DNA of 63,497 nt, filler included, from Rhabdomonas costata (taxonomy: Eukaryota), in the NCBI GenBank assembly GCA_019059605.1. It is 34 parts of 34 records of this genome, joined end to end, with 100 filler letters (N's around TTAATTAATTAA, not from the genome) between each part and the next. Parts side by side here need not be neighbours in the genome. Positions count along the whole stretch, not along the records: positions 48,640 to 50,409 come from JAHMHO010009308.1; positions 50,510 to 52,281 come from JAHMHO010009309.1; positions 52,382 to 54,151 come from JAHMHO010009310.1; positions 54,252 to 56,019 come from JAHMHO010009311.1; positions 56,120 to 57,888 come from JAHMHO010009312.1; positions 57,989 to 59,757 come from JAHMHO010009313.1; positions 59,858 to 61,627 come from JAHMHO010009314.1; positions 61,728 to 63,497 come from JAHMHO010009315.1; 26 more parts are not named here. One strand, written 5' to 3'. Position 1 is the first letter of the stretch, and every line of letters begins with the position of its first letter. Shown in pieces: positions 49,153-63,497 of this stretch. The position numbers and the translations under genes are program-made. The notes below the pieces were generated by a model. It was given only the letters and a program-made list of their open reading frames with translations. It made no database searches and was not told the origin of the DNA.

Positions 49153-50807
49153 CTACCCCGAGAAGGGACACATCAAAGCCCAAAAATAGGAATTCAAATG
49201 ATCATCACACAGCGGGAAGGAATATGCCCTCACATTTGGAACAGAAAATTGGCCATTCTTTTTGCTGCTTAACAACGGGCTCTTGCTGCACCATAGGCTG
49301 AAGACCACGCGTTCAAAAATGGGCGCTTGCATCACTTCAACAGGCATGTGAGGAAGGTTGCTCTGGAAGGGAAGGGGGGTCCATAAACGGAAATGCCGAG
49401 ACCCAGTACGAAGCGGGGAGGTGGGCTGGATACACTACCCTCCCGATGAGGTTATGAGCCCTCTCCCAGCCACAGATGGTTCCGCACACGGAGGGCTGTA
49501 ACGACTGGGGCCAAAGGGGGCTTGTCGTGACGATATGCATATCACAGAAAGGGGCACAACGTTTTGGGGAGCGAGTTAAGTGCAAAAAATGGTTTCCCGT
49601 AAAGTCTTATACGGGCATGCCATGTGAACCAATAATGAGCCACACAGCAGATATTCTCAAAATCACAAATCTGGAGGATCCCTTAAAGCCCCGTTCCCAC
49701 ATCAATGGAATGACACATGTAGTACAACATCCCGAGGGATGACAGAGCCAATTGAAGAAAATATGGACACACCCTCCAGGTTGCATTTTTCCTTCTCTTG
49801 AAAACGGCCTTCACCAGCGTTTCATAAAATAGGCGTCGCAAACGAGGTGGAAAAACTTTCAAAACTTTCAAAACTTTTTAGAAAGCGTCAACTGCAAAAC
49901 AGCAGAGGAAAAAGAAAAAAAAAACAGCGGCAAAAACGCACCGCAAAACCAGACGCTGTATCGTACAACAGTTGTGCTCCCCACACAGAGTTGAGTTGGT
50001 ACCCCAAAAAGAATGCGACTCATAAGTGCTCAAAAATCACCTGGGACTCTGCCGAGTGACGGGTCAAAGCGCAGCCAAAATGCGTGTTCCACGCTTGCAT
50101 TCCCCTTGCACCGCTTGGCCGAACTCTACTTATCACAGCCCGACGTAAACAACACGCCGCATATGCATATGTACGGCAGCTCGTGGACACCTGAAGCTCA
50201 AATATTCTGTGGTAATCCTCTTGAACGCACAATTAATTTACTGCAAGGGTTCCGCTTTCGCCACCACTTCCTTACTTGAACCCACGCGAGGAAGACACCA
50301 AGAAGCTCATGCGGAACGCCACCAGTATTGCCACACACAACCACACAGGTTCGCTGTCTGCATAGCATTCATGCACAACATACCGACTACTTGCAGGACC
50401 ACACCAACANNNNNNNNNNNNNNNNNNNNNNNNNNNNNNNNNNNNNNNNNNNNTTAATTAATTAANNNNNNNNNNNNNNNNNNNNNNNNNNNNNNNNNNN
50501 NNNNNNNNNGGTGTGTGTTGTCACGAATACCGTGATTGGCAGTGACAATAGTGATCACTTTCCGTAAAACGTGATTGAGGGTGATGGTACAGTCGATCCC
50601 AGTGCTTAATGAAGGCGTATGACCCAGCGTTTTTGATGAGAAAAGTTGTAGGAGTCCCTCCCACAAGACAGACTAAGGCGCATGGCTTTGGCTTCGCACT
50701 CTTCAGAGTTTAGTGGCAAAGTTGTGATAATGCTTGTAACCTTATCCTTGTAACCATTTACCTGGTGGACCCAACCCGTCGGAATGTCCACTCACTCCTC
50801 TACGTGC

Positions 50808-50812
<5 letters not shown>

Positions 50813-50850
<38 letters not shown>
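50813..50850. repeat. (CT)n microsatellite
   Basis: Read directly. Similar simple repeats: (AACC)n ~869, (CT)n ~18828, (CAC)n ~19120, (GT)n ~26260, (CT)n ~58604. Confidence 0.95.
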
Positions 50851-50855
<5 letters not shown>

Positions 50856-51011
50856 CTCGAGGGTTTTGTTGGGCCTGAGTCTTCACCTCTTTATCGTAGC
50901 TCGGGCGATCGAGCACCCACCTTTTGCAAGGATTCCGCCATCTTCCTCTCCGCCTCCCTTCCAATGCGCGAGGCTCCCAATCCAAACTGCACAAAGACGA
51001 CGCACGCGCAC

Positions 51012-51719
51012 CGGTTTGCCCTTCTCGCGGGCCTCGAGCTGCTCCAAGGTCAGCCCCTGGCTGTGCGCCAGGGCCCGGAAGTGGTTCCGGATCCCGTCCA
51101 CCAGCTTCACCCCGTGCAGCATCTCCATCACCAACACGTTGGACCGGCACAGCTCCGTCACCGGTGCGGGCACCACCACGCGGCTGGGGTCCCACCCTGC
51201 CCGCCGCAAGTTGGCCCGCACCTGTTCACCAGCGCAGTGGCACGATGCATGGATACGGTCCAAAGGCGTTAAATAAGCAGATCAGATCAGCTAGCAAATC
51301 CGGGGCGGCTCAGTCCCTACGCAAGAGAGACCCCAGTGCCGAAGAAAGGCCCAAAAATACAGAAAATACACGTCCTGAGAGTTTCCGAGGTTCTGCCAAG
51401 AAACGGTGGTGTGTTGCCTCCATTGCCACAGACGCCCTTATGACGCCGCATCAATCTGGTGGTGCCGATGGAGGAGGGGAAACGACCGAAAAGCGAAAAA
51501 GAAAAGAAAAAAGAACTGGGAGTCTATAGGGTGCATGATTACAAGCACAAGCCTTTTTTTGCCCAGCCACGGATCCCCCCTTGGTCTCTTTCCCACTCTT
51601 CCGCCCTTCCTGTGCACGGGACCTCGGAGAGCAGGGAGGCCTCGGCGCGATAGTCAAACTCTGTGGCGAACTGCCGCTCAAACTCCTGCAGCGGAGTGAC
51701 GTGCTGCGGCATCGCCAGC
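51012..51719 (-). CDS. Partial ABC1/UbiB (ADCK) atypical kinase
   Basis: Exons 51719-51623 and 51221-51012: LAMPQHVTPLQEFERQFATEFDYRAEASLLSE|VRANL...VVVPAPVTELCRSNVLVMEMLHGVKL. Confidence 0.9.
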
Positions 51720-52459
51720 CTGAGGGAGAGGCCCCACCACACCACCCACCACCGCAGAGTACTCCAACTCCCTGATTCCTGAGTTGGGAGCCGAATAGGG
51801 TGGGGAATTAGACAGTTAACCAACGAAAAACGTTTTGAACTCGTCAAGCGGTTTGAAACTATCAAAGAGTTTTGACGGTGCCGAACAATGAGGTGGTGGT
51901 GGGCGAGGCTCGGCGCACGAGAACTCCCCACAAAGGTGGTGCTTCTAATGCACATGCGTCGCCAGCCACCCGCTTTGACAGCGCGCCGTGCCTGGTCTTG
52001 TTGCAACTCTTCCGTCAAAATTGAAACAAGTCCAACCATCTAAAAAAAACCACCAGAAAAGCAGCCAAGGGCCGAGCAAGACCAAATTCCAAGTTTCATT
52101 CCTCATCGCTACCCCCCCCCCTCAATTTTCTTCGCTTCACACCGGGCGAGGGCACTAAACAAGTACAGCGGTATCAAACGGTGAAGCCTTGAACGGGGCC
52201 AGAGGGTCAAGGGTTCACTCCAGCTACCCTGTTGATGTTAGGCGTGAATCACCGGCTAAAAACCAATTTAGAACCCCCAACNNNNNNNNNNNNNNNNNNN
52301 NNNNNNNNNNNNNNNNNNNNNNNNNTTAATTAATTAANNNNNNNNNNNNNNNNNNNNNNNNNNNNNNNNNNNNNNNNNNNNGGTTTTTGGTTCATTTCGT
52401 CCTTTCACTTGCACGAAACGACTGCAGGACTGCCAGGTGAGCTGCTCGTTATTTTGCAG

Positions 52460-54131
<1,672 letters not shown>

Positions 54132-54814
54132 GCCACGCCCTCACAACACCCNNNNNNNNNNNNNNNNNNNNNNNNNNNNNNNNNNNNNNNNNNNNTTAAT
54201 TAATTAANNNNNNNNNNNNNNNNNNNNNNNNNNNNNNNNNNNNNNNNNNNNGTAACCGCTGTCTTAATTTTCCGCTGATGAGCTGCACTGTCATTTAATT
54301 AATGGCTTTGTCATTTTTTGGTCTCGTATTCTTCTTAGCATTGAGCACGGGGATTACTGGGTTTATTGTACTACTGCTACCAGTATTTTGTCTTTCTCAC
54401 CACAAAAACTTACAACCGAATAAAAGTGCACTCTAAATCAGGCATTTTTGGACTTAAATCCTCAATAAAGTTAGTGAAAAAACTGGTGTATTCCTGAAAT
54501 GCTGTGCTTCTTGTCGCCGTGTTCTTGGGTGTCTACCTCTCACTCTCTCGTACTATGGAAACTACGCGGGCCAAACCGTTTTATACAGATGGTTTGGTAT
54601 AATATGCCATTAACAAACACTTAACGGGCCCCACCGTGAAAAAATCATTGCCTTCCCGAGTGCGGAGCCTTCTTGAGTGTGGAAGGTTCCTAAACTTCCC
54701 CATCATTCGTTCGTTTTACGGTAAACGGGACCCACCCCAAGAAATGTCATTGCCTGCTTCCTGGGAATGGAAGGTTTCCGTGTCGTTGCTCTTCCTCTTG
54801 GGGTTCGCTCTCAG

Positions 54815-55031
54815 GAAGCAGTTCTCCTCGCAGTTCCGGCGGTGGGCCTCTCGGATGCGGAACCTCCGCAAGGAGTACGCCGAAGTGTTGCGCCTGCTCG
54901 CCCGCTTCACCCCCGCCGACTCGGCGTATTCCGCGGGCCTCCAGCGGAAGGGCGAGCTCCGCGCGGAGTTCGCCAAGCTGAGCGACCAGCAGCCAGTGTG
55001 GCGGTTCACGGTGAGCTCTGTGCCCATTGAG
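54815..55031 (+). CDS. Single exon of a hypothetical protein
   Basis: CAG acceptor, GC-rich third positions, KQFSSQFRRWASRMRNLRKEYAEVLRLL...; donor at 55011 or 55032. Confidence 0.6.
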
Positions 55032-56119
55032 GTGTGGAACAAAATGGCCTACCGCCGTTTTCCTGTGTGCGTCCGTGCTTCCTGGTGCTTCGTCGCATTA
55101 GCCATCTGAGTCCCCACACTGTTGAAAAAATTGGGGTGTTTTGTTTTCCGATGTATCCTGTCGAGATTTGAGATGTCGCTGCTCTAAGTCTGTGCCGCAC
55201 CCCAGACAGATGAACAGCTGAACGCAGCGACCTGTTTTTCTTGACCTTGTTTTTCTGCTGAATCATGGAAGCCGTCTCCGACCAACCCTTCCCCTGTTTC
55301 TTTTCGTGCTTTTTCGTTCGTGCTGGTGCGTTTTTGCTCTTTGTTTCTTCCACGGCTTTTTTCTGCGTTTCCTTCCACCTCTACCTTTTGTTTTCCCTTT
55401 GCTCATTTTAATATTTGTCTGCCGTGTGTCTTCCGCAGTGTGCTTCGTCGACCTATATGTACCGAGTATCCTGTGCCCGTTATTAACATCAGGATCACCT
55501 TTTACCCAAAACCCTTATCTGCACATTCTTGCAGCGCAAGTGCAGACCAGGATATGCCGTGTACTCGTACATGAATTGGGGGGAAAGCAGGAGGGCCCGC
55601 CCCTTCCGGGGCCAGGGAGAAATACTCCTGATTTCTCTTCCTTGGATGGTTCCAAAAATGTCCTCTCAGATGGGGGAAAAGCCCGATAATAAGCCGGAAA
55701 TGGCCTCTTGGGCAGCTGCAAACTGAATTATTGCGGCGCACTCCGGGAGACTGGTCGAAAAGGTCTTAAAAGGGCCCAACACTGCCCCGAAAGAACTCGC
55801 CGCAGATGAATTCAAGATCCAGAAGCTGTCAGATCAACCTTTAGGAGTGTTAACATTCCGCCATGCTAGCGTAAGTTATGAGGTCGATGTTATATTTCCG
55901 GTCCAGCGGTCCGGTCGGGTTCTCTCCAGAGGGTGACTTGGATGAGGTCACCCAACCACTGCTGAATACACTTGAGGGTATAAAGGTATAATCAGTCCCG
56001 CTCAGGAGGCTGATCAGCANNNNNNNNNNNNNNNNNNNNNNNNNNNNNNNNNNNNNNNNNNNNTTAATTAATTAANNNNNNNNNNNNNNNNNNNNNNNNN
56101 NNNNNNNNNNNNNNNNNNN

Positions 56120-56973
56120 TGCACCTCCTCGGCGTGCAGTGCGGTGGCGAGCTGCACGGGCTCGAGCTGCTACACCGTGCCCTCCTTCCAGACCCACTTC
56201 GCGCAGACCCAGGTCTGATTCTCAATAGGGGGTGCATCCTGCCGCTGTCTGCTCCTGTAAGGTGGTCACGAATTTTCCCTTGCTGCCTGCCTTTCTCTTT
56301 TTTTTTTATCGGTTTGACCTGGACGAAGTGAAACAGAGAAGGGTGCGCATGCACAAGACGATTGAGCTCATGTCGTAGAGTCCACGACACAAAATGGGTC
56401 TGCGTGTGTGGTGATAGGTGAGGGATTCACATTTGCTCAGCAAATATTGCTCGCCTCGACGGCCAGCAAAGGCCTGATTGACAATGTCAGCGAACTGGCG
56501 GGGACTACGGGACTGGCCAAGATAGCCTTCGATAGCGTCCTCGGGGTGTGCAATGACTACCAGCAGGGGCTCCATCTGGTTTGTGCATATGCCCACGCAT
56601 CTGCGCGATTTTCCCGTGCGTTGAACGTTTGCCGGCTTTGCAGGTTTTGTATTTTGGGTTTTCCCTGCGCACCCATACACACCGCTCTGCGTGATTTTGA
56701 TGACACCGTGCCTTCTTTGCTACACTCCAGAATCAGTGTTATGTGGAGAGAGGGAAGCCGACTGTGTGGTTGCTTATTTTCCGTGATCGGCGTGTTTATT
56801 CTTGAAGGCGATGCATGTTAAGTGGCTATCATGCTAAAGCAAAGGAGAGCTACGTAGTTGCGCTGAGGTCACGCTGGGGATTTTTGTGTGTTTGCACAGA
56901 TTAATGCTGGCTGTGGACTGCTTGCCGCCACCCTGTGCTTGGCCATTGTTGCCGTCAGCATGGGACAGAAAAG
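56120..56973 (+). CDS. Partial membrane protein with a Cys-rich ectodomain and C-terminal TM helix (tweety/prominin-like layout, tentative)
   Basis: Exons 56120-56212, 56441-56578 and 56900-56973 in phase 0: ...VLGVCNDYQQGLHL|INAGCGLLAATLCLAIVAVSMGQKR. Confidence 0.65.
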
Positions 56974-58934
56974 GTGGGTTCCAGGGCTCTCATTCCTCGC
57001 AAGCCGCCCACTCCCAAACACCCTGGGGTGCCCTGACCAACCTAACCATCGGTCTGCTATCGCAAACTCTCTAATTGCTCCAAATTAGTAATGCCCGTGT
57101 GTCGCGACATAAATGAACTTGACTTTACGTCTTTGCTTAATTAACTTTGGGTTTCGCGTCTTTCAGAAGTCGATGTGCATTTCCCCGTGAGGTTCACGTG
57201 GTCATTTTGTGGGGGAATGATTTTTGCCGGGCCGCCGTGGAGCCGCTGATTGCGTTTGGTTGCGGTTGTTATGTTGGTTCGAAGCCTTTGATGGATTTCA
57301 ACACCTGTGACCTTTGTGTCTCAAGAGTCTTTGCAGTAGTCCTAGAAGGAAAGGAGTTGTTGTTGTGTTTGCGTTCGCGGGTGGCACTCTCGAATGGAGG
57401 TTGTGTGAATGGTGGTGGATGTTGGCGGCAGATGGTTCAACCCCAACAAGCACCCCGAGATGATGGTGGTGGCGATTGACCACCCGGCGAAGTTCCACAC
57501 CTTCGTTACTCCACTGCAGCCCGTGATCGGCATCCCCATGGAAGATAACTCCACACAGTATCTGTGTGCGCGCGCTTGAGTTGGGTGGCTACAAGGCTCT
57601 CATCGCGCGAATTCGGTTTCGACGGGGTGGCCTGCTCTGCGCAATGACGACAGCGGCAAGAGATACCAAGAATATACAGAACAATCAAGAAAAGAAAATA
57701 GCGAAGTTGGTGGAGCGCCCCAATTGATGGGTTTGGAATCCTCTACCAGGAAAGATTCGCTCTCCTTCCAACTGCAAGAATTATGTCCGGGCCTGCACGA
57801 TCGCGTTCGAGGGGTCAACCGCACGCGAAGAAATCTCAGCGCGTTGGTTTGGTCAGTGGCGCGAATTTCGTCAATACCACCCCCACCCNNNNNNNNNNNN
57901 NNNNNNNNNNNNNNNNNNNNNNNNNNNNNNNNTTAATTAATTAANNNNNNNNNNNNNNNNNNNNNNNNNNNNNNNNNNNNNNNNNNNNTTTTTGTTTTCG
58001 GAAGAGTGCGGTTTCGTAGATTCCAACGGCTGAGCCCTTTGGGGTTCGTTGTGATCCTCAGGAAAAACTGAGGATGGTTAAAAGCTTCTGCACGAACCCC
58101 CAGAGTACTCGAATTCTGTCTGCCCATCCACGCCATAGGTATGCCCGTTCGCGAACACAGTTACCACATCCTCCAAACTATGCCTGCAGGTTGCGGCGCT
58201 GAGGCCGAATCTTTCCGCGGCTTTCCACCGGGCAAGCATCGCTCGGAGTGCCGGAGTGTCAACTGAGCTCCGTTCAGGTCCCTTCAGCCTTTTATCGCCA
58301 TCTTCCCCCTCATTCCTTGGAATAACTTGTTTTGTTGTGATGTCATGCTCTGTGGTCGTCCTTTGCTTTTTTTCTTTCTGGTGCCACCATTGGGAGAGGC
58401 GGGGAGCGGATTTGACAGCATGCATCGCACCCGAGCTTGCAACATGGCTCAGGGCGTGTCGGGGCTGAGCTTCTGGAGAGCCTTCTGCGCCTGCTCTCTG
58501 GTGGGCTCGCCCGCCTGCGCGAGCCCCCGTGTCTGGCAGCACTGAAACAGTCCATGGGGATCTTTCAGCTGTGCGTTCGTGCAGTGCTGCGTAAGCTTTT
58601 GTTCCTCTCTCTCTCTCTCTCTCTCTCTCTCGCCGCACTCCACCCAAAGTTTCTGCTTTGTTGCTTTTCCAGCGGTCAATACTTTTGCTGTTGAGCTCCA
58701 GTGAACATTCCGAAGCAATCAACTGGTCGAGAATCGAAATTAAATTTCTCCCTTGTGTGCACGGCTTGTGGGTCGTGTGAGTCTTTCCCGTGTGAGTCGT
58801 GCACAGCTCAGCTCTGTAACGCTCAGCTCTGTAAATTTCTCCCTTATGCGCAGAGCTTAGCTCTGGTATGCAATTGTGCAGCATAGAAGCGGCCGCAGGG
58901 CAATGTTTTGGGTGCGAGTGTGGGCAATGCCCAG

Positions 58935-59307
58935 GTCAGAGGAGAAGCTGGCGTACGAGCTGAAGAATCTTCCGCCTCAGCAACGGCCGTTTCCAATGCC
59001 CCCTGTCCGGATCCCTCGGTGGGGCTCCGCTGATGCGGTACGCCACTTTCTCTCTCCTTCGCCGCACCGTACTGCTTTTCTCTCTGGCTCCTGTGTGTGC
59101 AACCGCAGACCAGAACATACGTTTTTCTTTTCAGGCTCCAGGCACTCAAGTTGAAAGCCTCTTCCCCAAGTACCACCAGCTGCACCGCCTTCATTTCCTT
59201 GCATGATGTGTTTTCGTCAGGGCACCGTGCGGAAGCGAAACCTCATTTTTGGCATGAGCACGGTGCCTAGATCCAGGAACTACCTCATCCAAACGCTACG
59301 ATCGTTG
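58935..59307 (+). CDS. Partial MGAT4-like glycosyltransferase (GT54)
   Basis: Exons 58935-59037 and 59221-59307: ...WGSADA|GTVRKRNLIFGMSTVPRSRNYLIQTLRSL, resembling the GT54 motif GIPTVKR...YL..TL.SL. Confidence 0.7.
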
Positions 59308-62300
59308 GTACGCTGCCTCCGTGTTTCATGGGCAAGGTTGGTCAAGTGGATTGAAACACACGAAAGGGGAGTAAACCCGGAAACGAGATCAGAGGACGCC
59401 GGTATTGTATTATGGCAAACCCCCTTGGATTATTGTGTTGAGGATGCACTTCGTGGACTAGCGTCACCCCCTAAATAGCTTGACGGGTTTTTCAAAAGAA
59501 GACGGCGTACAACAATGATACACGTCGCATCGTCACATCACCGTGGTGCGAGTTGAATGCCTTGTAGTGGTTTGGAGAGGAGCCCCCCCCATCCCCGTGA
59601 ACATCCTGCCATGTTGGGCGTGGGGAGTTAACGTCGCACAACATTGATATGCGTCATACTCAGCTTTGGACCTTTCTTGTTTCCCTTCCTGTGGACAACG
59701 ACAATGGGCTCACCAACGTGACTTCTTGCACTGTTGTTGGGGGTGGGGCCGCTTGAANNNNNNNNNNNNNNNNNNNNNNNNNNNNNNNNNNNNNNNNNNN
59801 NTTAATTAATTAANNNNNNNNNNNNNNNNNNNNNNNNNNNNNNNNNNNNNNNNNNNNTGTGTTGGGTTACCCCTCCGCGGGTTCGCGGTGGAGCCTCTGT
59901 GGTGGCGACTATTGCGGGCCAGTCCTCGCCGCAGCGGTGTCCGTGTGCAGTTTTTTTTCCGACTCATGGATCATTGCCTCGTGTGTGGGGGGGTTCGCTC
60001 TGCTTAATGCTGGTTTTCGTACAGCGGTCTCCGACCCCCTTCCGACATTCATCGATGTTGTAACGAGGGGAGCATCGCTTTCCAGGCTTTGATGTGAACC
60101 ATGTGATCAGGTGCTCGTTCTTTGAGCAGACCAGAACTCGAAAGATTTGTTTTTTCAATATAACTTCTGGGCTCAACCTGGTGTTCAGAAGTGGGGGCTA
60201 TTGCACTGGGCTGACATTATGAGGCCTGAATGAGGCCCCCCCAAAGCATTTGCTTTCGGCCAACAGAAAGCTGTCGTGCAACAGTCTTCGCTCACGGATA
60301 CGAATCTCCGCGAAGCAGCACTTTCATTTGTCAAAGCAAGCTGAACCTCGACAGCATCGGCAGCGAAACATTTCACTAACCGCGTGAAGCCCCCCCCTTC
60401 CCCTTCGGAGGCTTACAAGACCGCCCCTCCTGCAGGCTGCAAAATATATTCTGCTGCAAAATCTGTCTGATTAACCTAACCCCCTCCTCACCTTTCATCT
60501 TCTTGCAAAAATTTGTGTGATTCATGGTTTTTTGTTTACTTTTCCGTCGAGCGGCAATGTCTCGTGCCGACTCTTGAATGGCGCTCGTTTGACACACTAA
60601 AGCCACAGATGCTTGGGGTGGGGCAACCATTTTTCACTCTCGGTGTTTCACAGGGGCAGCCCTGGCAGGCTATTCTTTAGTGGGAAGGTCAGATCACTAT
60701 CAACGGCATGCCCGCCCTCGCTGCACTTTCTTTTGCACTTTATTGTTAGTATTTATTAGACACGAGTGTTCTTGGTACGAGCTCCCTGATAGAAGCTCAA
60801 TGGAGCCCAAGTGGTTCCTTTCGTTCGTAGTTTGAAGTATTTTTTAGGGGTGATACTTCACATTCCCTCACCAAACACCTGCACCTTTCTCACTTTGCTT
60901 GTTCTACCGCCGACAGGGAGAAACGGGCTCACCCAAAAACCATGTTGTGCAGATCGGCTTTGCAGCTTGAAGTCAGTTTTACACAAACTTCTGGCAAGAA
61001 AAAACTCTTGAATGGAGGCAGGGAAGCTAAACGGCCAAGGGGAGCTTTGCTCTGTGCATGCTTATATGTTTACGTTTGCATTCTTTATGTTTGCATGTGA
61101 TTTCAGCGATCCGGTCTTTCCGACTTGACCTTCTCACCTGGGAAGCGCATGAGAACCTGATTTCGCATCGAAATCCGTTTGGTAGCGTATTTCCAGCTCC
61201 GCGCGGAATTCGGCGAGCATCACAGTGAACCCTCCTGGAATTGTGCAGTTTCTGGCTCTGCGTTTCGCTCTGTCTTTTGCATTGTGGTTCTGCAGCATCG
61301 TTCGATAGTGCTCTTTTGGTACAGTGTGACACTTGTTATTGTGCTGTGTTATTTTGTAGGTTTTCTGCGGTGATGGTATAAAATGAAAGCGGAACAATTC
61401 GCCGATTCGCGGAGCTCGGGAATTCCGTTAGAACTGAATGAATTTACCTAGCCACAAACTCGTAAAGGTTAAACAACTTCAACCGAAACCAAGCGCCAAC
61501 GCCCCTCAACCACCATGACACATACAAGCACTGACAAAGCGTAGAACATGAACCCACACACAGAACACGTAAACCCTTACACAAACACACAAGGCATGAC
61601 TCAGCTTGACATCGCACCATGAACTCANNNNNNNNNNNNNNNNNNNNNNNNNNNNNNNNNNNNNNNNNNNNTTAATTAATTAANNNNNNNNNNNNNNNNN
61701 NNNNNNNNNNNNNNNNNNNNNNNNNNNTGTGTGTTTTTTCGCGCCCCGACTAGAGGAGGACGAATTGTTCAAAAATCCGTGGCGAGAAAAAATATGGGCC
61801 ACAAAGACAACAAAGCTTCAGTGCGAGGAGTCACTCAGATGGTTAAAGGTACCCATTCCATAGGATATCTTTGACATGCGAAGCTATCTGAAGTGGAGTT
61901 GCCACGGGAGTACGCCACAGTCACTCCCGAACCGGAGCGAAGACCTAACGTTGACATTGACCTCAGAACTCGAGCTAGAATAGAGCGCTGATGCTCATAT
62001 CTGGTGGTATTGTAGGAGATGAGTTGGCCGCTTCCCGCCCTCGAACTCCTTTTCTATGCTGAGATTTTTAGGACGAGGGACATTTGCGGTATCGACTGTG
62101 TCATCCGTCCCCTTTTGTCTCCTAAGTCAAAGAAGAAGAGGCCCTGTGCCGAGAAGTAAAAGGTGGGTTCAAAGAAAGGCAAGGCAAAAAGCACACTTGC
62201 ACACTTGGACAACACAAAGGCAGAAGAAACGCAAAGAATGCACACAAATCTCAAAGGTGGCCACCCCGCCACCCGGGTCGCCTATCACATAACACATCCA

Positions 62301-63497
62301 TAGCATAAGCATACACAGCATACACCTCGGGCAAGTGTTTTTGGCATAGTACTGCTTCCTCGGCGCAGTGTAACACCTTGGCAAGAAGACCCAAAACTTC
62401 CTGTGAAAGTCGAAAACCAACATGAAAATGCTGAGACTCTGCAGTAGAGTCAGGATATGGCTTTCTGCAGGGACTCTATAGTCAAAAACGCCGCCCAGAT
62501 AGGGTTAGATGGCTTCAGATGAAATGAGATGGAAAAAAATAAAGTCAGAAGGTTTGGATAAAATCCGACGGAATAATGCTTTATCCAAAATTTTGTGGTC
62601 GCCCTCTTGTGGTGCCGTGTGTACGCACTTCATGTTTAGTTTCCGCTGTTGAATGTTTAAGCTCAAGCTGGATTTCTCCGCGCGTGCTTGCGCTCGCAGG
62701 GACCGGCCTCCTAGCACGTTGTGGTGTCACTTCAAACTCTAAGGCTGCTGGGAGGCTCCACCAGCCACAAGCTTTTGTTTGTCAAGGCAAACGTGCAGTA
62801 ATTTTTCCTTTAAAATTGCACCCAAGAGTTTGTTTCCGGCTCAAACCGGGTGTCCTATTAAAAACAAACACTTCTGCTGTGCGATGTTTTCTGTATACAT
62901 TGGTCTTGGGATTGTGTTTGTTTGTGTAGATCCAAATGTAAATATCTTTTTCCTTGACTGAGGCTTTGTGGGGTGCGTCGTCTCGTTTGCACTATTGGCA
63001 CTCCGTTTGTTCGGGCAAGGTTCCGATTTTCGTCAGTTTTACAACATAAAAATTCAGGTGAAAATGAGGTAATTTGTTTTGTGATAAAAAGAACAAAAAG
63101 CTGGGCTTACTCCGCTTGCTCCACTATGTGAGAATTTTGGGGGTAAGCACTGCCCAATTTGTATCACAGGTTTTGACTTTCTGCTCTATTTTGACTTTTA
63201 AGTTTTTTTTACCAATGCGATGGGTGGAGCGTCCAAGAGAGGGCTCGGGCCGTTCCTGCGCCGCGGGTCGTCGCTTCCCTTCCCATCCTTCTCAGGTCCT
63301 GCTCACCCCTTGGTGTCGCTTGGTTTCCACGGCATCTGACCCACCTCTGTTTCACTTGTTGCCACCCATTTCTGCTGCACTCCTCTCTTTGCCGCTGCGA
63401 CTTTTCCGCTCCCATTGCTGTCGCCGCCACCGTTGTTCTCCTTTCTCTCTCTTGCTCCCATGTCCGTTGTGCCCATTTTTGTCCGTATTGATCTGCA

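Noticed and set aside
55840-55990. Tyrosine recombinase remnant (minus-strand RPHNLR*HGG)
   Set aside because: One short motif flanked by stops with no other catalytic residues; insufficient without an HMM search.
59858-63497. Short candidate exons in the last two contigs (likewise in 9350-11120, 16833-18603 and 35544-37314)
   Set aside because: Several frames are equally plausible and none gives a recognisable product.

Overview
This is not a contiguous locus. It is 34 unrelated contigs of about 1.77 kb each, joined by 33 artificial linkers (N44-TTAATTAATTAA-N44). Most contig ends carry G/T-only 5' or C/A-only 3' tails, consistent with degenerate-K-primer whole-genome amplification. The DNA is from an intron-rich eukaryote using the standard code. 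A euglenid or other euglenozoan is inferred from a bacterial-type enolase, an outron-like acceptor just before an ATG, a divergent class III cyclase and TTAGGG repeats. By hand-splicing exons I reconstructed partial genes for enolase, IFT80, a CDK10-like kinase, a UBE2Z-like E2, a DnaK-type Hsp70, an acyl-CoA dehydrogenase, MAPKBP1/WDR62-like and DCAF-like WD40 proteins, an ABC1/UbiB kinase, a GT54 glycosyltransferase, a nucleotide cyclase, a CMGC-like pseudokinase and several hypothetical proteins. Two Ty3/gypsy remnants are also present. The most interesting signals are: (1) a cluster of covarying GNA-triloop hairpins with tandem sheared G.A pairs at 44915-45515, which implies a functional ssDNA structure; (2) a gypsy pol with a dUTPase in frame upstream of RT; (3) a CpA-to-TpA biased, RIP-like decay of that element; (4) unusual splice signals (+4 pyrimidine donors, GC donors, A-rich acceptors). 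All calls were made by eye; no searches were run.
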